Assembly (NCBI GenBank): GCA_977030845.1
Contig: OZ365110.1
Coordinates: 45,012,001-45,076,000, forward strand
Origin: Fimbriosthenelais zetlandica
Lineage: Eukaryota
Direction of reading: 5' to 3'
Length of the DNA: 64,000 nt
The notes beneath the pieces were generated by a model. The model ran no database searches. It was not told where the DNA came from and saw nothing but the letters and a program-made list of their open reading frames with translations. This document shows, piece after piece, positions 61,633 through 64,000 of this stretch (position 1 is its first letter; every line of letters begins with the position of its first letter). Made by a program: the position numbers and the translations under genes.

Positions 61633-61683
61633 ACAGGGGGGGCCCCAACGGCCAACGGCTTCCCCCGGTATTAAACAGCCGTT
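61623..61683 (+). promoter_or_regulatory. gag-pol -1 ribosomal frameshift signal (G GAA AAC, 6-nt spacer, H-type pseudoknot)
   Basis: The heptamer is in the gag frame directly before the TAG. Stem 1 pairs GGGGGG 61636-41 with TCCCCC 61661-66; stem 2 pairs AACGGCT 61654-60 with AGCCGTT 61677-83. Confidence 0.8.
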
Positions 61684-63359
61684 CGAACCAGGACCCTCCA
61701 CCACCTCTAGAAGAAGGGCCAACAACTCCATCCTCGCCCGTGGGACAGCCACACTCAAAAACATCCAGCGAGGATGCCACCATCCGGACCATAAACTTTC
61801 GTGAAAACCAGGATCCGTTGGAGAGTTTGATCATCCCCGTCACGATCAACGGGACACCGGTTGAAGCGCTCCTGGACCTCGGCGCACAAGTCACCATCCT
61901 GAGCACTGCCTTTGTCGAGACAATGCATGACCCCCCACAGGCAACCGAGACCATACACTTGAAAGGAGCGGCCATAAACAGCTATATGGAGGCGACTTCC
62001 ACAGGACCCATCGCCATCCGCATTGGAGGGCACCTCATCACCTGGCCTGTATACATCGCGCCCATAACAGACCCCGTAATCTTGGGACTGGACTTTTTAA
62101 GAAGCGTAGACGCAATTGTAAACTTAAGGGCAGCCACCGTCACTATCCAGGGGGAGGACATGCCCGTTCTATTCAAACGCAACGGAGGGGAAAACTACCT
62201 GGTCACCCGTGTCAAATGCGCCAGGAAGATGTCTGTCCCCCCACACTCGGTGGCCTGGGTACCCATCAGTTTGACTAGTCTGCCGGAAGTAGGGGTTCCC
62301 CTTGTGTTGTGTCCGTCCAGTTGTGTTCCGGGCCTCACATGCCCCTACGCCCTGATAAATAATGGGAACCGGTCCTGGGTGGAACTCATTAACCTGAGTG
62401 GCCAGTATGTGACATGCGAGAAGGACCAATGCCTAGGCTCCGCTGAGCCGGTAGAGGAGGTGCAAGGGGACAAAGGTAAGTCATTTCAGATTCGGCGCAT
62501 CCTGGAACCGGAGCTGCAGCCCAGAGGTGCACCGATGTCTGAAAAAGACCGGGACTGGATGGCAGCTGGCGTCCCTGAGCACTTGAATGATCTGTTCATA
62601 AGATCCTCCTCCTCATTGTCCTCCGGACAGGCCAGGGATCTGGTTTCGGTCCTCAAAGAGTATCAGGCAGTTTTCTCGAGGGAGGATACAGATCTTGGAT
62701 GCTTCACTGCCATCAAACATAGGATCAATACTGGAAATGCCACACCCAGACGGCAGAGGATGCGCCGGACGGCACTCGGGTTCCAGAACGAGGAAGAGAA
62801 GCATTTAGATAAGATGCTGAAGGCAGGTGTTATCAAACCCTCGTCTTCACCCTGGGCCTCTGTTCCCGTATTAATACGGAAGAAGGACGGCTCGGTACGC
62901 TGGTGTCTTGACTATAGGGCGTTGAACGACGTCACAGTCAAAGACGCATTTCCTCTGCCAAGGATAGAGGAATGCCTGGACTCGCTGGCAGGGAGCCAGT
63001 ACTACAGTACCCTGGATATGAATTCAGGGTACTGGCAAATCCAGGTCGAGGAGTCCGACCAGGCGAAGACTGCCTTCATCACAAAGTATGGCCTCTTCGA
63101 GTGGACCCGCATGGGATTTGGCCTATGTAATGCCCCAGCCACCTTCCAGAGGGCCGTGCAACTTGTGTTGCACGGGATGCAATGGAAGAAGGTCCTGTCC
63201 TACCTTGATGATGTGGTGGTCATAGGGAGGAGCTTCACCGAGGCACGAGAAAACCTGAGAGAAACCCTACAACGATTCCAAGACTTTAATATGAAACTCA
63301 AACCGCAGAAGTGCAGTTTGTTTCAGAAAAAGGGTTTCAGTTCTTGGGTAGACTGGTAA
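61630..63359 (+). CDS. pol: Pol part 1: aspartic protease (atypical DLG) and reverse transcriptase, -1 frame relative to gag
   Basis: ALLDLGAQVTILS...ILGLDFL; PSSSPWASVPVLIRKKDGSVRWCLDYRALN; TLDMNSGYWQI; MGFGLCNAPATFQR; YLDDVVV. The frame is lost at about 63335 and stops at 63359. Confidence 0.93.
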
Positions 63360-64000
63360 CACCAGAGGGGGTGACCTTGGACCCGGGAAGTGAAAACACA
63401 ATCCGGGACTGGCCGCCCCCCACCTGTGTCCGGGAGGTGGAATCCTTTTTAGGGTTCGCTAATTACCACCGGGATTTTGTTAAGGGATATGCAGAGATTT
63501 CTGCACCCCTATATAGGTTGACCGGTCCAAAGGTGAAGTTTCACTGGCCGGATGAGGCTAACCAAGCCTTCCTCCGCCTGAAGGAGTGTCTACTGGATGC
63601 ACCGGTGCTCCCCTACCCAGATCCGGACTGTCAGTTTATCCTGGACTGTGATGCCTCTGATGTTGCTGTCGCGGGGGAACTGTCCCAGTCCATCGACGGT
63701 CAACTGAGGGTCATCGCCTATGGGAGCTTTGTCCTTACCCCAGAACAGCGCAAATACTGTACCACCCGCAAGGAGCTGTTAGCTGTCATAAGGCTTACTC
63801 GACAATTCAGGCACTACTTGCTGGGGCGACCCATCCTGGTTCGAACAGACCACAACAGCTTGACGTGGCTGATGGGGTTCAAGAGTGTGCAGGGCCAGCT
63901 GGCACGCTGGCTGGAAGAGCTATCGCAGTACGACCTGACCATTGTCCACCGTCCAGGGAAAAAACACATAAACGCTGATTGTCTATCCCGGATTCCGGAT
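63338..64000 (+). CDS. pol: Pol part 2: RT thumb/connection and RNase H, frameshifted, open to the window end
   Basis: Stop-free for 221 codons: QFLGRLVTPEGV...FLGFANYHRDFV...DCDASDVAV...RKELLAV...RTDHNSLTWL...HRPGKKHINADCLSR. Confidence 0.92.

Larger units (their letters stand above)
57660..64000 (+). mobile_element. Ty3/Gypsy LTR retrotransposon (5' LTR, PBS, leader, gag, pol; continues past the window end)
   Basis: LTR TG...CA followed by PBS; gag with capsid-like region and CCHC knuckle; pol in the -1 frame with protease, RT (YLDD) and RNase H in Gypsy order; GC content rises sharply in gag-pol. Confidence 0.96.

Noticed and set aside
59701-62429. Numerous 70-170 aa antisense and alternative-frame ORFs over gag and pol
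   Set aside because: Expected shadows of GC-rich coding sequence; no recognisable motifs.

Overview
This is animal (probably marine invertebrate; taxon not determinable from sequence alone) genomic DNA, not prokaryotic. Two spliced host genes converge tail to tail. An AP-1 mu subunit gene (AP1M1-like, + strand, 11 coding exons, 11606-47078, 423 aa) has large relic-filled introns and one clear U12-type intron. XPF/ERCC4 (- strand, 21 coding exons, 56104-50038, 895 aa) has tiny introns. An intact-looking orphan 128-aa ORF lies at 8635-8249 (-). From 57660 to the window end is a young Ty3/Gypsy LTR retrotransposon: 271-bp 5' LTR, tRNA-Leu-like PBS, a 1.7-kb leader holding a 92-bp tandem array, gag, a -1 frameshift signal with pseudoknot, and pol (PR-RT-RNase H, cut by the window edge). 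The two most unusual observations are (1) a Gag that begins with a ComEA-type helix-hairpin-helix DNA-binding module followed by an RS-rich tract, and (2) an XPF intron in which the 3' splice site itself is tandemly amplified into 13 extra AG acceptors, each of which would add an in-frame stop just before the nuclease active-site exon. All exon calls were made by hand from splice signals, frame continuity and remembered homolog sequences; no database searches were run.
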